NCBI GenBank assembly: GCA_019058295.1
Contig: JAHPZI010000014.1
Span: forward strand, 47,935 to 111,934
DNA from: Promethearchaeota archaeon
GTDB taxonomy: Archaea > Asgardarchaeota > Lokiarchaeia > Sigyniarchaeales > SOKP01
DNA length: 64,000 bases
Reading direction: 5' to 3'
Of this stretch, positions 62,924 through 64,000 are shown in pieces (within the stretch, counting starts at the first letter, position 1; the number at the start of each line of letters is the position of its first letter). The translations under genes were made by a program, and so were the position numbers. The notes below the pieces were generated by a model. The model was not told the DNA's origin, made no database searches, and worked only from the letters and a program-made list of their open reading frames with translations.

Positions 62924-64000
62924 ATTGATTACCTTGTATATAATAACTTCTTCATATGCAACATGACCTAAAGTATCATTTGCATAGAATCGCAAGCGTA
63001 ATTTACCCGTCGATAAGGCTTTCCATACATCCTCATCAATCTGATCTGTGTCCTCGCAATAGAATATAGTTGTTCCATTATCAAATGTATACCAAATAGA
63101 ATCAAGATGAGGATCTGATATAGTAAGGTTAATTATTGGAGGGTTATTATAAGATATATCCGCCAGTGGTTTATTTACTTCTATTGACGGTTCTTCTGTA
63201 TCTTTTATAAGTGTCCAGATATATGTATCATTAATATTTCCCGCGGAATCATTAGAGAAAAACCTGATTTGAAATGGTCCGTCCGTTAAACTCTTCCATA
63301 TGGATAAATTAAAAGTTTCTGCAATATTATTAGTCAGGTTTATTTTAACTCCATTTACTTCATACCAAACAGAATCAAAATTAGGATCAAAAGCTGTAAT
63401 ATTGATTAGTGGTGGTGAATTCCATATACTAGCATTCGTAGGACTATTTACTTTTATTGACGGTGCTTCTGTATCTTTTATAAGTGTCCAGATATATGTG
63501 TCATTGAGATTTCCCAAAGAATCATTAGAGAAAAACTTGATTTGAAATGATCCTTCTGATAAACCATTCCAAATGGATATATTTAAAGGTTCTGCAATAT
63601 TATTAGTCAAGCTTATATTAACTCCATTTACTTCATACCACACAGAATCAAAATTAGGATCTAAAGCTGTTATATTGATTAGTGGTGGTAAACCACATAT
63701 ACTAGCATTTTTAGGAAAATTTATGAATAATTTGGGAGGAATAACATCCTTTCGCACAATTATTTCTTTTAATACCACATTACCTAAAGTATCATTTGCA
63801 TAAAACGTAATCAATACCGTTCCATTTCCAAATTTATCCCATTCTGTTTGATTTATTTTATTAGATATACCTTCAAAGGTTATATTCTTTTGTCCAATAC
63901 CTAATGAATACCATGTTGCATTTAGGGGGCCTTCAATGGACACTAATACTTTAAATTCAAAATCTGATTTTCCAAAAATTTGGTATGGTTTTGGTTTAAT
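62753..64000 (-). CDS. Cell-surface protein with tandem Ig-like repeats; 5'-truncated by the window
   Basis: Frame open to nt 64000; repeats of DSVWY...ANDxxGN; TM plus KKKRLV. Confidence 0.85.
   Translation of the reverse strand: MKPKPYQIFGKSDFEFKVLVSIEGPLNATWYSLGIGQKNITFEGISNKINQTEWDKFGNGTVLITFYANDTLGNVVLKEIIVRKDVIPPKLFINFPKNASICGLPPLINITALDPNFDSVWYEVNGVNISLTNNIAEPLNISIWNGLSEGSFQIKFFSNDSLGNLNDTYIWTLIKDTEAPSIKVNSPTNASIWNSPPLINITAFDPNFDSVWYEVNGVKINLTNNIAETFNLSIWKSLTDGPFQIRFFSNDSAGNINDTYIWTLIKDTEEPSIEVNKPLADISYNNPPIINLTISDPHLDSIWYTFDNGTTIFYCEDTDQIDEDVWKALSTGKLRLRFYANDTLGHVAYEEVIIYKVINNQFIPGGSDDDSNDKKSETSIDPLQDPVTLLIIISAGSVVIIAGLIIYLLKKKRLV
63182..63727. repeat. Intragenic tandem duplication, 273-bp (91 aa) period
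   Basis: ATTGACGG...TCTTTTATAAGTGTCCAGATATATGT at 63183 and 63456. Confidence 0.85.

Overview
AT-rich archaeal chromosome segment, very probably from an Asgard archaeon (Lokiarchaeia-like). Support: an ESCRT cluster (ESCRT-III Vps2/24/46-type, Vps4, Vps25, Vps22/36), longin/roadblock-like proteins, archaeal uS15 and eS1, a histone, five surface proteins with C-terminal TM plus basic tail, and two tRNAs with BHB introns. Most genes are housekeeping or metabolic (EtfA, pgk, GH2, GH29, LarB/LarC/NikR, sirtuin, Nip7, Nop2). The main find is absent from the ORF track: a 75-codon membrane-anchored ORF (46150-46377, minus) with an in-frame UGA in ...SGGGG-U-GC..., followed about 40 nt after its stop by a eukaryote-type SECIS hairpin. 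This is a candidate new selenoprotein resembling SELENOK/SELENOS. Other highlights are a five-gene Rad50-like/MoxR/vWA operon without a nuclease, apparent non-AUG starts for ESCRT-III and Nop2, a possible ubiquitin-fold protein, tRNA introns at 9/10 and 30/31, and a duplicated anchor-plus-3'UTR cassette. All calls come from reading motifs by eye; no searches were run.
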